Of a DNA stretch of 59,298 nt, positions 35,516 through 43,880 are shown piece after piece. The translations under genes and the position numbers were made by a program. The stretch lies in assembly GCA_001304225.1 (NCBI GenBank), contig LJVD01000001.1:1-59298 (forward strand), given 5' to 3'. The stretch comes from a candidate division Zixibacteria bacterium SM1_73 (GTDB lineage Bacteria > Zixibacteria > MSB-5A5 > SM1-73). Numbering within the stretch: position 1 is the first letter of the stretch; each line of letters opens with the position of its first letter. The notes under the pieces are model-generated. The model did no database searches. It had not been told where the DNA came from and worked only from the letters and a program-made list of their open reading frames with translations.

Positions 35516-35974
35516 ATGATTAAGAATAGAATCCATGCTTCTGGTAGGTTTTCGTCTCATCAAGGGCTCAAGGGGCTGCGGATCGTCGGGATGACGATCG
35601 CCGGTGTGGCCTTTGCCGTCGTGTTCGCGCTCGTTTTTGGTTTGCTGGTCAAGGTCCTCTGGAACTGGCTCATGCCGATGTTGTTCTCACTCCCTCAAAT
35701 CACTTACTGGCGGGCTTTCGGGATCGTGATCTTGGCCAAGCTTCTCTTCGGAGGGTTTGGTCCCCACCACAGGAACTACTCTGATCGCTTCTCGGAAGGA
35801 TTCCGCGACAGATGGGAAAGGTATTTCGGCGGCCTGAAAGAAGAAGACCTTGAGATAGCAGGAGGGCCCAAAAACTGGAAATACTACAAGCAGTACTGGA
35901 AAGATGAAGGCAAGGCAGCCTTCGAGGCCTATGTTCGAAAAGTCGAAGATCAAGAAAGAATAGAAGAGGACTGA
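35516..35974 (+). CDS. Two-TM membrane protein downstream of the ECF sigma (possible anti-sigma/accessory)
   Basis: AGGAGG upstream of the ATG. Two hydrophobic helices (VGMTIAGVAFAVVFALVFGLLV; AFGIVILAKLLFGGF) and a charged C-terminal tail. Confidence 0.5.
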   Translation: MIKNRIHASGRFSSHQGLKGLRIVGMTIAGVAFAVVFALVFGLLVKVLWNWLMPMLFSLPQITYWRAFGIVILAKLLFGGFGPHHRNYSDRFSEGFRDRWERYFGGLKEEDLEIAGGPKNWKYYKQYWKDEGKAAFEAYVRKVEDQERIEED

Positions 35975-35976
35975 AA

Positions 35977-36507
35977 ATGCCCGAAGTCAAAGCAAACAGC
36001 CATTTTAGGCTCATGTCCTTAACCTTGTGGCTCCGGGATGTCTTCTTTCCCCCCATGAAGAAACTGCAGAAAGCGGGTTTAAAACCTGGAGATCAAGTGC
36101 TCGATTTCGGTTGCGGCCCGGGAAGCTTTTCCCTGGCCGCGGCCCACATCGTCGGCCAGACGGGAAAAGTACATGCTTTAGACATTCATCCGCTTTCCGT
36201 ACAGAGGGTGAAGAGGAGAACGGACAAAAAGGGCCTTCAGAACATCGATACCATCTCCTCTGACAGAGCGACGGGGCTTACGGACCAGAGCGTGGATTTT
36301 GTCATCCTGAATGATGTTCTCCACGAGGTGGATGATCCGGATGTCGTGTTGACCGAACTTCACCGGATCCTGAAACCCGAAGGCATACTCTTTTTCAGCG
36401 ACCATCACCTGAGCGAGAAAGACATCTTGACCAAACTGACCCAAAAAGGACTCTTCCGGTACTCCCGCAAGGGTTACCGGGCCCACCTGTTTTCAAAATC
36501 GTTGTAG
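35977..36507 (+). CDS. Class I SAM-dependent methyltransferase
   Basis: Motif I VLDFGCGPGSFS, then VHALDIHP and DFVILNDVLHEV...LKPEGILFF. Begins 2 nt after the upstream stop. Confidence 0.8.
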   Translation: MPEVKANSHFRLMSLTLWLRDVFFPPMKKLQKAGLKPGDQVLDFGCGPGSFSLAAAHIVGQTGKVHALDIHPLSVQRVKRRTDKKGLQNIDTISSDRATGLTDQSVDFVILNDVLHEVDDPDVVLTELHRILKPEGILFFSDHHLSEKDILTKLTQKGLFRYSRKGYRAHLFSKSL

Positions 36508-36566
36508 ATGGACAGAGTCCTTTTGTCCAAGTCATCGTAGAAGACGTCATCCCTGCGGAAGCATGT

Positions 36567-36658
36567 GCCCGCGAAAGCGGGTAACAGGTGTCAGGTGCAG
36601 GCACAGACTCCAACGGAAGTAGAGAGACCTCCCCCGTCATTCCCGCGAAAGCGGGAAT
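36567..36658 (+). repeat. Two GAAA-tetraloop hairpins (REP-like CCCGCGAAAGCGGG motif)
   Basis: GCCCGC-GAAA-GCGGGT at 36567-36582 and ATTCCCGC-GAAA-GCGGGAAT at 36639-36658. The second is the widespread motif that yields the spurious peptide ..DSRFRGNDG.. seen in track ORF 36591-36875. Confidence 0.6.
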
Positions 36659-36753
36659 CCAGTAAAAAAGTATCCTCGTATCCTATTTCTACTCTTTCCC
36701 CCCTCCATCTATCTCCCCAGGAACGCAACAGATGAATTGTGTATAATAAAAAA

Positions 36754-37266
36754 ATGAGAGTTGACCTAAAGAAGTTCAGAATGAGAAGATTAACGATTCT
36801 CTCTGTCGGAATTATCATCCTGTCCTGCTTTTGGTTGGCGGAAAACACGGATGTTACCCCCCAGGAGGCCTTCAAGATGCTCCAGAACCCATCGACCTAC
36901 CTTGTCGATGTGAGGACGATCTCGGAATACGTCTTCGTTGGTCACCCCGAGATGGCCACCAATATTCCCCTTCTTTTCTGGAGCGAAAACAAGCAGAAGA
37001 TGGAGGCCAACGAGAACTTCATCGAGGATATAAAGGCCAAGTTCAAACCCGAGGACACCCTGATTTTCATGTGCCGGAGTGGAGGGAGAAGCACAAAAGC
37101 CTTGAGCTTACTCAAGGCCAACGGTTTCGAAAATGTCTTCAACATGAAGTTTGGATTCGAAGGAGAGAAAGATTCTCAAGGCTACCGATCGAAGAACGGC
37201 TGGAAAAACAGCGGCCTCCCCTACACGTACAACTTGAACGAGGACCTGGTTTATAGGTTTAAATAA
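36754..37266 (+). CDS. Rhodanese-domain protein with signal peptide
   Basis: MRVDLKKFRMRRLTILSVGIIILSCFWLA, then YLVDVRTISEY...LIFMCRSGGRSTKA (rhodanese active-site Cys loop). The track start at 36739 is GTG; the ATG at 36754 is preferred. Confidence 0.8.
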   Translation: MRVDLKKFRMRRLTILSVGIIILSCFWLAENTDVTPQEAFKMLQNPSTYLVDVRTISEYVFVGHPEMATNIPLLFWSENKQKMEANENFIEDIKAKFKPEDTLIFMCRSGGRSTKALSLLKANGFENVFNMKFGFEGEKDSQGYRSKNGWKNSGLPYTYNLNEDLVYRFK

Positions 37267-37425
37267 ATTTCCCCTCACTCCTCAGACCTGCTCAATCTCG
37301 AGCAGAGACATCGGCAACTTTCCTTCCTTATTCATCTCCCCGTTGTCTCCTTCTCTCGATTTGAATTGGGCCCGGATATGATATAGATTATAAACGATAT
37401 TCGGGATTTGTAGAGTAGAAAAGGA

Positions 37426-38160
37426 ATGGGAAAAATCAGCCGTATCAACCCGATCCTCGAGATCGCCCGGTCCTCTCCACAGAGGATCCAAAAAATATGG
37501 ATCCAGAAGGACAAGAGGGAGGGTCGAGTGGAAGAAATCATCAGGACCGCAAAAGCTGCGAACATTCCCCTCCTTTTTATCCCCAAGAAGAGGCTCGACC
37601 AGATAGAGAGAGACCACCAGGGGGCCGTGGCTTTAGTCGCGATGAAGGAATTTGTGCCCCTCGCTTCGCTCCTCGCCTCGTCCGGAGTCCCCTTCCTCGT
37701 GCTGCTTGATGGAGTGGAGGACCCTCAGAACTTGGGGGCGATAATCCGGTCTGCAGAAGGGGCTGGAGTCGATGGAATCATCCTTCCGGAAAGAAGGGCG
37801 GTTGGGTTGACCCAAACAGTGGCTTCGGTTTCTGCAGGTGCGGCTGAATATGTCAAAATCGCCAGGGTGAAAAATCTTGCTAGAACCATAGATGTTCTCA
37901 AGGAAAGCGGCATTTGGGTTGTGGGGGCCGAAGGCGACGCCCCCGAACCCTGGTATGAATTTGACTATACACTTCCCGTAGCCCTTGTTCTTGGCTCTGA
38001 AGGCAAGGGATTGCGTCCTCTGATTAAGAAAAAATGCGATAAGATTCTCTCGATTCCTCTCCTCGGCCGCATCACCTCGCTCAATGTTGCTTCTGCCGCA
38101 TCCATTTTCTTTTTTGAAGTTGTCAGACAAAGGATTAAAAAGGAAAGCAAAGGAGGTTGA
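37426..38160 (+). CDS. rlmB: 23S rRNA (guanosine-2'-O)-methyltransferase RlmB (TrmH/SpoU family)
   Basis: N-terminal substrate-binding domain, then SpoU motifs LLDGVEDPQNLGAIIRSAEGAGVDGII, LVLGSEGKGLR and IPLLGRITSLNVASAA. Confidence 0.85.
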   Translation: MGKISRINPILEIARSSPQRIQKIWIQKDKREGRVEEIIRTAKAANIPLLFIPKKRLDQIERDHQGAVALVAMKEFVPLASLLASSGVPFLVLLDGVEDPQNLGAIIRSAEGAGVDGIILPERRAVGLTQTVASVSAGAAEYVKIARVKNLARTIDVLKESGIWVVGAEGDAPEPWYEFDYTLPVALVLGSEGKGLRPLIKKKCDKILSIPLLGRITSLNVASAASIFFFEVVRQRIKKESKGG

Positions 38161-38272
38161 ATAAAATGATAGGAATAGGCGTAGTTATTATCGTTACAGA
38201 CGGAGATAGCAAAAAGTGCCTCAGGAAAGAGCCCTGGAGGGGAAGCTCGTTGTCTGCGGAGTACAATCGGGG

Positions 38273-38836
38273 ATGAGCGAGCGAAAAACCCTCTCTGAAA
38301 AAGACCTGCTGAAGCTGGTCCAGGCAGGGAGCAGAGAGGCCTACGGCGAAGTCGTCAGAAAATACATGAAATCGGCCTATTATATTGCGTTGGGCATTGT
38401 TCATAACCATCAAGACGCTCTTGACCTCTCCCAAGAGGCTTTTGTCAAGGCCTTCCGGAATATCAAGAAATTTAATACAGATAAGGCGTTTTTCCCCTGG
38501 TTTTACAGGCTGATGAAAAACCTCTGTCTCGACCATTTGAGAAAACGAGATCGTCGGGTTGAAGTCCCGCTCGAGGAAAGCCAGGTATCCTGTGAAGACG
38601 AAAAAAATAGAGAACTGAAGGCCACGCTGTGGAGAGGAATAGCCGCACTGCCTTTTGAACAGAGGGAGCTCGTCATCCTTCGCTATTTCCAGCAGTTTTC
38701 TTACCAAGAGATTGCTGAAATAACCGCCAAACCCGTGGGAACCATCATGTCTTCCCTTTATTATGCCAAAAAGAAACTCAAGGAAATTCTGGCCAAACAC
38801 CTGGGCTTTGAGCGGGAAAATAAAAGGGAGAATTGA
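38273..38836 (+). CDS. ECF-type RNA polymerase sigma-70 factor
   Basis: MSERKTLSEKDLLKLVQAGSREAYGEVVRKY...DALDLSQEAFVKAF...LPFEQRELVILRYFQQFSYQEIAEITAKPVGTIMSSLYYAKKKL. The track ORF begins at GTG 38216; the ATG at 38273 is more plausible. Confidence 0.85.
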   Translation: MSERKTLSEKDLLKLVQAGSREAYGEVVRKYMKSAYYIALGIVHNHQDALDLSQEAFVKAFRNIKKFNTDKAFFPWFYRLMKNLCLDHLRKRDRRVEVPLEESQVSCEDEKNRELKATLWRGIAALPFEQRELVILRYFQQFSYQEIAEITAKPVGTIMSSLYYAKKKLKEILAKHLGFERENKREN

Positions 38837-39292
38837 ATGGGATATCGAAATCATCAGCAAATAAAAGAGCTCATTTCTTCGTATATGGACGGAGAGGCCG
38901 ATGAAAAGCAGAAAAAGATTGTAGAAATCCACCTTAAGGAATGTCCGGAATGTCAAAGAGAATTCGAAGAGATGAAAAAACTCGAGGAGGTGATGGGTCA
39001 AATGGAACTGAAAAAGCCCCCGAAGGAGACCTGGCAGGTTTATTGGTCTTCCGTGTACAACCGCCTGGAGAGAAGGATCGGGTGGATTCTTTTTTCCATC
39101 GGCGCTATAATTCTTCTGTTTTTTGGCGGATACAAAGCGGTCGAAGGAATCATCCAGGACCAGACCACTCCCCTGCTCCTCAAGGTTGGGATTCTGGCTG
39201 CTATGGCAGGATTGGCCGTTTTGCTGGTGTCTATTCTTCGGGAGCGTCTTTTTGTCCGCAAAAGGGAAAGGTACGAGGAGGTCGAAAAATGA
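38837..39292 (+). CDS. Anti-sigma factor (zf-HC2 type) with C-terminal TM helices
   Basis: Starts 1 nt after the sigma stop. HLKECPECQREFEEMKKLE is the H-x3-C-x2-C putative zinc-finger motif. Two hydrophobic helices follow. Confidence 0.75.
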   Translation: MGYRNHQQIKELISSYMDGEADEKQKKIVEIHLKECPECQREFEEMKKLEEVMGQMELKKPPKETWQVYWSSVYNRLERRIGWILFSIGAIILLFFGGYKAVEGIIQDQTTPLLLKVGILAAMAGLAVLLVSILRERLFVRKRERYEEVEK

Positions 39293-39603
39293 TACTGGTC
39301 ACGACGGATTTCGTGCCGGGAAAAGAGATTAAGAAGAACTTAGGCCTGGTCAGAGGTAACACGATCAGAGCCCGACACATCGGGAGGGATATTTCTGCCC
39401 TCCTCAGGAACATCGTCGGAGGAGAAATCACGGATTACACCAAGATGATGGCCGAATCCCGGGAGCAGGCTCTAGACAGGATGGTTGAGGAGGCGGAAAG
39501 CCTAGGAGCCAATGCCATCATCAACGTCCGGTTCACCACCTCCATGATCATGCAGAGTGCCTCCGAGATCTTAGCCTACGGCACAGCGGTTATTGTCGAC
39601 TAA
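39289..39603 (+). CDS. ybjQ: YbjQ/UPF0145-family protein
   Basis: MILVTTDFVPGKEIKKNLGLVRGNTIRARHIGRDI...GGEITDYTKMMAESREQALDRMVEEAESLGANAIINVRFTTS. The ATG overlaps the anti-sigma stop (ATGA). The long track ORF 38941-39603 is an upstream over-extension of this frame. Confidence 0.85.
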   Translation: MILVTTDFVPGKEIKKNLGLVRGNTIRARHIGRDISALLRNIVGGEITDYTKMMAESREQALDRMVEEAESLGANAIINVRFTTSMIMQSASEILAYGTAVIVD

Positions 39604-39632
39604 ATTAAGGCGGGAAAAGAGCCGTCAGAGGG

Positions 39633-40295
39633 ATGACTAAGAAAGCCCTGTTTGTCTTATTTCTTTTTCTAGCCCTGTTATGCCTTTTCCCCTTTTCCAC
39701 GTCCGCCAGGGATTCGATGGAGAAAGGAGCATTCTCCATCTATTTTATGAGTGAGAAGGTAGGCTATGAAGAATACATATGGGAAGAGGATGAAAACGGT
39801 TACCACCTTTCTGTCAAAGGGCGGCTGACCAAACCTGCTGATATGGAAATCAAGGAATTGGACATTCGTCTGGATAAGGATTTCACCGCCAGATCTTTCC
39901 GCTTTAAAGGGGCTGTTAATGGAGTGCAGCAAGAAGTTTCGAGCATCATCTCAGAGGGGCATGTCGAGAACACTATAATTGTGGCGGGCCAAAAGAGTCA
40001 AAGCACGGTCGAGATAAGGAGAGATGCTTTTCTTCTGCCCAATCCCGTATTTTCTCCTTATTTGGCCTTGACAAAAAAGTATAAATGTACTCTCGAGGAG
40101 AAGATCGAGCTTTCCGCCTATATCATTCCTCAATTCGAATCCCCTTTTACTCTCAGCCCTGTTGAGGGAGTGCCCTGCTCTTTGATTATACAATTGAGCG
40201 GCACAAGAATAGAGCTTCAGACAGATGATGAGGGAAACCTCATCGCCCTTTCTGTCCCTGCCCAGAGGCTGGAAGTCCTGCGGACTGCTTTTTAG
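39633..40295 (+). CDS. Hypothetical secreted protein (220 aa)
   Basis: Signal peptide KKALFVLFLFLALLCLFPFSTSA. No motif recognised. Confidence 0.5.
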   Translation: MTKKALFVLFLFLALLCLFPFSTSARDSMEKGAFSIYFMSEKVGYEEYIWEEDENGYHLSVKGRLTKPADMEIKELDIRLDKDFTARSFRFKGAVNGVQQEVSSIISEGHVENTIIVAGQKSQSTVEIRRDAFLLPNPVFSPYLALTKKYKCTLEEKIELSAYIIPQFESPFTLSPVEGVPCSLIIQLSGTRIELQTDDEGNLIALSVPAQRLEVLRTAF

Positions 40296-40322
40296 AGGGA
40301 AATCAACTCCTTCATAGGTTCG

Positions 40323-40604
40323 CTGGATTCCCTTTATGCCCAATCAGGGAGTACCCATGAAGCAAGAAAGTTGATTATGGAGATCGAAGCCAAGGTCGAC
40401 ACAGACTATATCGGGAATGCGGCGTCCTCAATAGCTAGACCATTTTATAGTCTGGGTGAAAGAGAGAAAGCCTTGGAATGACTTGACCACGGTGCAGAAA
40501 AACATAATCCAGTTCTTATAGAAATAAGTTTAGCCTCTTGGATAGCCAGCTTGACTGATGACCTAAGGTTCGAAATAATATTGAAGAAGATGGGATGGGA
40601 ATAA
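40323..40604 (+). pseudogene. TPR-family gene tail with in-frame TGA
   Basis: LDSLYAQSGSTHEARKLIMEIEAKVDTDYIGNAASSIARPFYSLGEREKALE*LDHGAEKHNPVLIEISLASWIASLTDDLRFEIILKKMGWE*. The TGA at 40479-40481 sits where the family has Trp (AfeWLe). No upstream gene body. Confidence 0.5.
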
Positions 40605-40751
40605 GTAACTCTAAAGCGGCGAGTAATACTGAAAGGCAAAATCATAGAGAAAAATAAGAAACACCTCGTTTTCAGAGAGGATGTTGATCCTGGCATTTCT
40701 GAAGCAGAGGAAGCAAAAAAAATGGTTAAAAAAATAGATTAGGAGGGATAG

Positions 40752-41045
40752 ATGTTTGCTCGCATGACTTCCGGCGAGGCAACAATGGATAAGCTGGATG
40801 AATTCATAAAAACATACGAGAACAGTATTGTTCCAGCGGCAAAATCTCAGAAGGGTTATTGTGGGGCCTATTTCTTAGTCGATCGCAAATCTGGAAAAGT
40901 TGTTTCTATCACACTTTGGGAGAGTGAAGAGGATGCCCTGGCCAATGAAAAAAGCCTTTATTACCAAGAACAATTGATCAAAGTCAAGGATTTCTTGAGA
41001 GGATCTCTTATTCGCGAAGGCTTTGAGGTGAGTGTCCGGGTATAG
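40752..41045 (+). CDS. ABM (antibiotic biosynthesis monooxygenase-like) domain protein
   Basis: 97 aa with AGGAGGG upstream. The ferredoxin-like dimeric alpha-beta-barrel pattern (GYCGAYFLVDRKSGKVVSITLWESEEDALA) is typical of ABM/DUF-type small proteins. Confidence 0.6.
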   Translation: MFARMTSGEATMDKLDEFIKTYENSIVPAAKSQKGYCGAYFLVDRKSGKVVSITLWESEEDALANEKSLYYQEQLIKVKDFLRGSLIREGFEVSVRV

Positions 41046-41130
41046 GAGAAAAACGTCCATCTTATTAATCGATTGGGTGTTTTCTCGTTAACATTTAACT
41101 TACAATCAAATAATATGGGAAATGATAGTT

Positions 41131-41215
41131 CATGAGGTGCCCCAGGTGTCAGACAGCAAACCCTGACACCTAAAAATATTGTGGCAAATGCGCTATTCTT
41201 TTAAATCCATCCAAA
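41131..41215 (+). pseudogene. Zinc-ribbon N-terminal fragment with in-frame stop
   Basis: ATG AGG TGC CCC AGG TGT CAG ACA GCA AAC CCT GAC ACC TAA AAA TAT TGT GGC AAA TGC translates as MRCPRCQTANPDT*KYCGKCA. This parallels the N-terminus of the kinase at 1-739 (CPHCQTENTSDSQFCKKCA). Confidence 0.45.
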
Positions 41216-41304
41216 AATAAAACAAATAAAATCTTGACAAATGCTTGGTATATTTATATATATTAAAGTATAAAAAAGTATAATAAAGTAATTTATATTT
41301 AAAA

Positions 41305-41505
41305 ATGCGTTCGATTTGGCTTGGAAGTAAGATAATTTATCAGTATTCCTTAGATGATTTGCAGGAAAAATTGCAGATCTCTAAGGTTACAGCACTAAAA
41401 TTGGTCCAGTCGGGGAAGATTAGGGGGCAAAAAATAGGAAGAAGGTGGTGGATTAACGAAGAGGACCTGGTCGCTTTCCTGGAGGGTAAGAGCGAGAGCG
41501 AATAG
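41305..41505 (+). CDS. Excisionase/MerR-like helix-turn-helix DNA-binding protein (66 aa)
   Basis: YSLDDLQEKLQISKVTALKLVQSGKIRGQKIGRRWWINEEDLVAFL matches the HTH_17/excisionase-family pattern. Confidence 0.7.
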   Translation: MRSIWLGSKIIYQYSLDDLQEKLQISKVTALKLVQSGKIRGQKIGRRWWINEEDLVAFLEGKSESE

Positions 41506-41578
41506 CGATATGAGGAGATTTATGGAAATAATTTATTTATTTTCAAATAATTAGGAGAATGGTCTTTGTTGAAGACTC

Positions 41579-41608
41579 TTGACAGGGATTCAGACAACTC
41601 TATAGAAT
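41579..41608 (+). promoter_or_regulatory. Putative sigma70 promoter upstream of accA
   Basis: TTGACA (41579-41584), 18-nt spacer, TAGAAT (41603-41608), 30 nt before the accA ATG. Confidence 0.3.
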
Positions 41609-41638
41609 AGACGGGACTCTATCGATGATGAAAAGCAG

Positions 41639-42595
41639 ATGAATACAGAAAAAGATTATTATCAGCTGGAGAAAAAAATCATCTCCCTCAAAGAACAGAT
41701 TGATGAGATTGTTTCCAGAGAGGAAAACGGCCAGAAGGAAAAAATATCTAAAATCAGGAAGGAAATCGAAAAAGAATGGGCTCAAATCAGCTCCCAACTA
41801 ACACCTCTCCATATCGTTCAGATCGCCCGGCATCCTCAAAGACCCTATACTCTGGATTATATCGGATATCTCACAGAGGACTTTATCGAACTCCATGGGG
41901 ACCGACGGGCGGCCGATGACCCTGCAGTTGTAGCCGGCCTGGGCCGCTACCGAGGAAAGACTACGGTTTTTATCGGACATCAGAAAGGCCGGAGAACACA
42001 AGAGAGGATAGAAAGGAATTTCGGACAGCCCACACCGGAAGGATACAGGAAAGCCCTCCGGGTGATGAAACTGGCTGAAAAGTACAGATTCCCGGTTGTC
42101 ACACTCATCGACACCCCCGGAGCTTATCCCGGAATCAAAGCCGAGGAACGAGGGCAGGCAGAAGCGATCGCCTACAACCTGAGGGAGATCTCCAAGCTGA
42201 AAGTTCCTGTCGTCAATATCGTCATCGGTGAAGGAGGAAGCGGAGGAGCTCTGGCCATTGGAGTCGGCGATGTGCTCCTGATGCTGGAGAATTCGTTCTA
42301 TTCGGTGATTTCACCTGAAGGCTGTGCGGCCATTCTCTGGAGAGATCAGAGTGCGGCGGCCAAGGCAGCCGAGAATTTAAAGATCCGAGCTCAAGATTTG
42401 ATAGAACTGGGAATTGCCGATAAGATCATTCCTGAACCTCCAGGAGGGGCACACATTAACCCGGAACAGACATTCAAGAATGTTGACAAGCAGCTAAACA
42501 TGATCTTGAAGCGGTTGGAGCAGAGAAATACCGAAGAGCTATTGGAGGAAAGATACAAGAAATTCAGGAAAATCGGAGTGTTTGCGGAGAAATGA
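41639..42595 (+). CDS. accA: Acetyl-CoA carboxylase carboxyltransferase subunit alpha
   Basis: LTPLHIVQIARHPQRPYTLDYI...GRYRGKTTVFIGHQKGR...RKALRVMKLAEKYRFPVVTLIDTPGAYPG...GEGGSGGALA. Confidence 0.95.
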   Translation: MNTEKDYYQLEKKIISLKEQIDEIVSREENGQKEKISKIRKEIEKEWAQISSQLTPLHIVQIARHPQRPYTLDYIGYLTEDFIELHGDRRAADDPAVVAGLGRYRGKTTVFIGHQKGRRTQERIERNFGQPTPEGYRKALRVMKLAEKYRFPVVTLIDTPGAYPGIKAEERGQAEAIAYNLREISKLKVPVVNIVIGEGGSGGALAIGVGDVLLMLENSFYSVISPEGCAAILWRDQSAAAKAAENLKIRAQDLIELGIADKIIPEPPGGAHINPEQTFKNVDKQLNMILKRLEQRNTEELLEERYKKFRKIGVFAEK

Positions 42596-43848
42596 GCGAG
42601 AAAAAGAGAATTGCCGCCATCAAAGGAACCAAAGACATCCTTCCTAAAGAGGCCAGAAAATGGCAGCGAGTGGAAGCCACGGCCAAGCGCATCTTCGAGC
42701 TCTACGGCTACAGGGAGATCAGAGCCCCGATCTTCGAAGCCACCGAGCTCTTTGAGAAAGGGACTGGGGAGACATCGGATATCGTCATCAAAGAGATGTA
42801 CACATTCAAGGATAAAGCCGGCCGTTCCCTCACCCTCCGCCCTGAGTACACGCCCTCTATCGTCCGCTCGATCATCGAGCACCGCCTCTATCTCCAGCCA
42901 GATCCACTGCGGTTTTATTTTATCGGGCCGATGTTCCGCTACGACAAACCCCAGAAAGGGCGCTACCGTCAGTTTCACCAGATGGACATCGAAGTTTTCG
43001 GAGAGGAAGCCCCAGCCGTCGATGCGGAAATCGTAGAGATGGCTGATTATCTTCTAAAAACCCTCAAGGTCACTGAGACGGAGATTCTGGTCAACTCGGT
43101 CGGCTGTCAGGGATGTCGTCCATTATATCTGAAAGAATTAAGAGAGGCAGCGGAGAAAAAAAGAGCCCTTCTCTGTCCAGACTGCCAGAGGAAGATCACG
43201 GCCAATCCGTTGAGGATTTTCGACTGCAAGGTGGAAACGTGCCGAGAAGCGGCCCGGGGCTTCCCGAAGATTACGGACTTTCTCTGTGCTGAGTGTGAGG
43301 CGAATTTTGACAGCTTCAAAGCCCACCTGGATTCATTCCAGATTTCTTACATCGTAGAGCCTCGCCTTGTTCGGGGGATTGATTACTATACGAGGATAAC
43401 CTTCGAAATCATCTCAGCCAAGCTGGGAGCTCAGGATGCCATTCTCGGCGGTGGCCGGTACGACGACATGATGAAGGTTTTTGGAGGGCCGGATATCTGC
43501 GGCACTGGGTTTGCAGTCGGGATGGAGAGGCTCGTTTCGCTTGCCCCCTTCACCCGAGAAGCCGAGGATTTTCTGTATTTGGCCTTCCTGGGCGATGAGG
43601 CCCAAGAAAAGGGGATGGCTCTGGCCCGATTCCTGAGACAAAATGACCTAGAATGCCTGATTGAATACAAAGAGCGAAGCCTGAGGAACCAGATAAGCCG
43701 GGCCAACAAGCTGGGAGCCCGATGGGTGCTTATCGTCGGGGAAGAAGAAATAAAGAGCGGGAAGTACCAGCTGAAAAATATGGCCACCGGCAATCAGGTG
43801 GAAGTGGGGAAAGAAGACATCATCAAAGTCATCCGTGAATCGGCTTAA
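42592..43848 (+). CDS. hisS: Histidine--tRNA ligase
   Basis: GTKDILPKEARKWQ...LRPEYTPSIVR...YFIGPMFRYDKPQKGRYRQFHQ...GGGRYD are class II aaRS HisRS motifs. ATGA overlap with accA. Confidence 0.95.
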   Translation: MSEKKRIAAIKGTKDILPKEARKWQRVEATAKRIFELYGYREIRAPIFEATELFEKGTGETSDIVIKEMYTFKDKAGRSLTLRPEYTPSIVRSIIEHRLYLQPDPLRFYFIGPMFRYDKPQKGRYRQFHQMDIEVFGEEAPAVDAEIVEMADYLLKTLKVTETEILVNSVGCQGCRPLYLKELREAAEKKRALLCPDCQRKITANPLRIFDCKVETCREAARGFPKITDFLCAECEANFDSFKAHLDSFQISYIVEPRLVRGIDYYTRITFEIISAKLGAQDAILGGGRYDDMMKVFGGPDICGTGFAVGMERLVSLAPFTREAEDFLYLAFLGDEAQEKGMALARFLRQNDLECLIEYKERSLRNQISRANKLGARWVLIVGEEEIKSGKYQLKNMATGNQVEVGKEDIIKVIRESA

Positions 43849-43880
43849 GATTTTTCTGTTCTCATAAGAGGTGAAGGTGA

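Noticed and set aside
36591-36875. 94-aa ORF containing ..LLDSRFRGNDGGG..
   Set aside because: This is the well-known spurious translation of the CCCGCGAAAGCGGG hairpin motif. It also overlaps the rhodanese gene start on the opposite strand.
38941-39603. 220-aa ORF spanning the anti-sigma gene and ybjQ
   Set aside because: Only the last 104 codons (from ATG 39289) match the YbjQ family. The upstream part overlaps the zf-HC2 anti-sigma gene in another frame and is Arg/Gly-rich filler.
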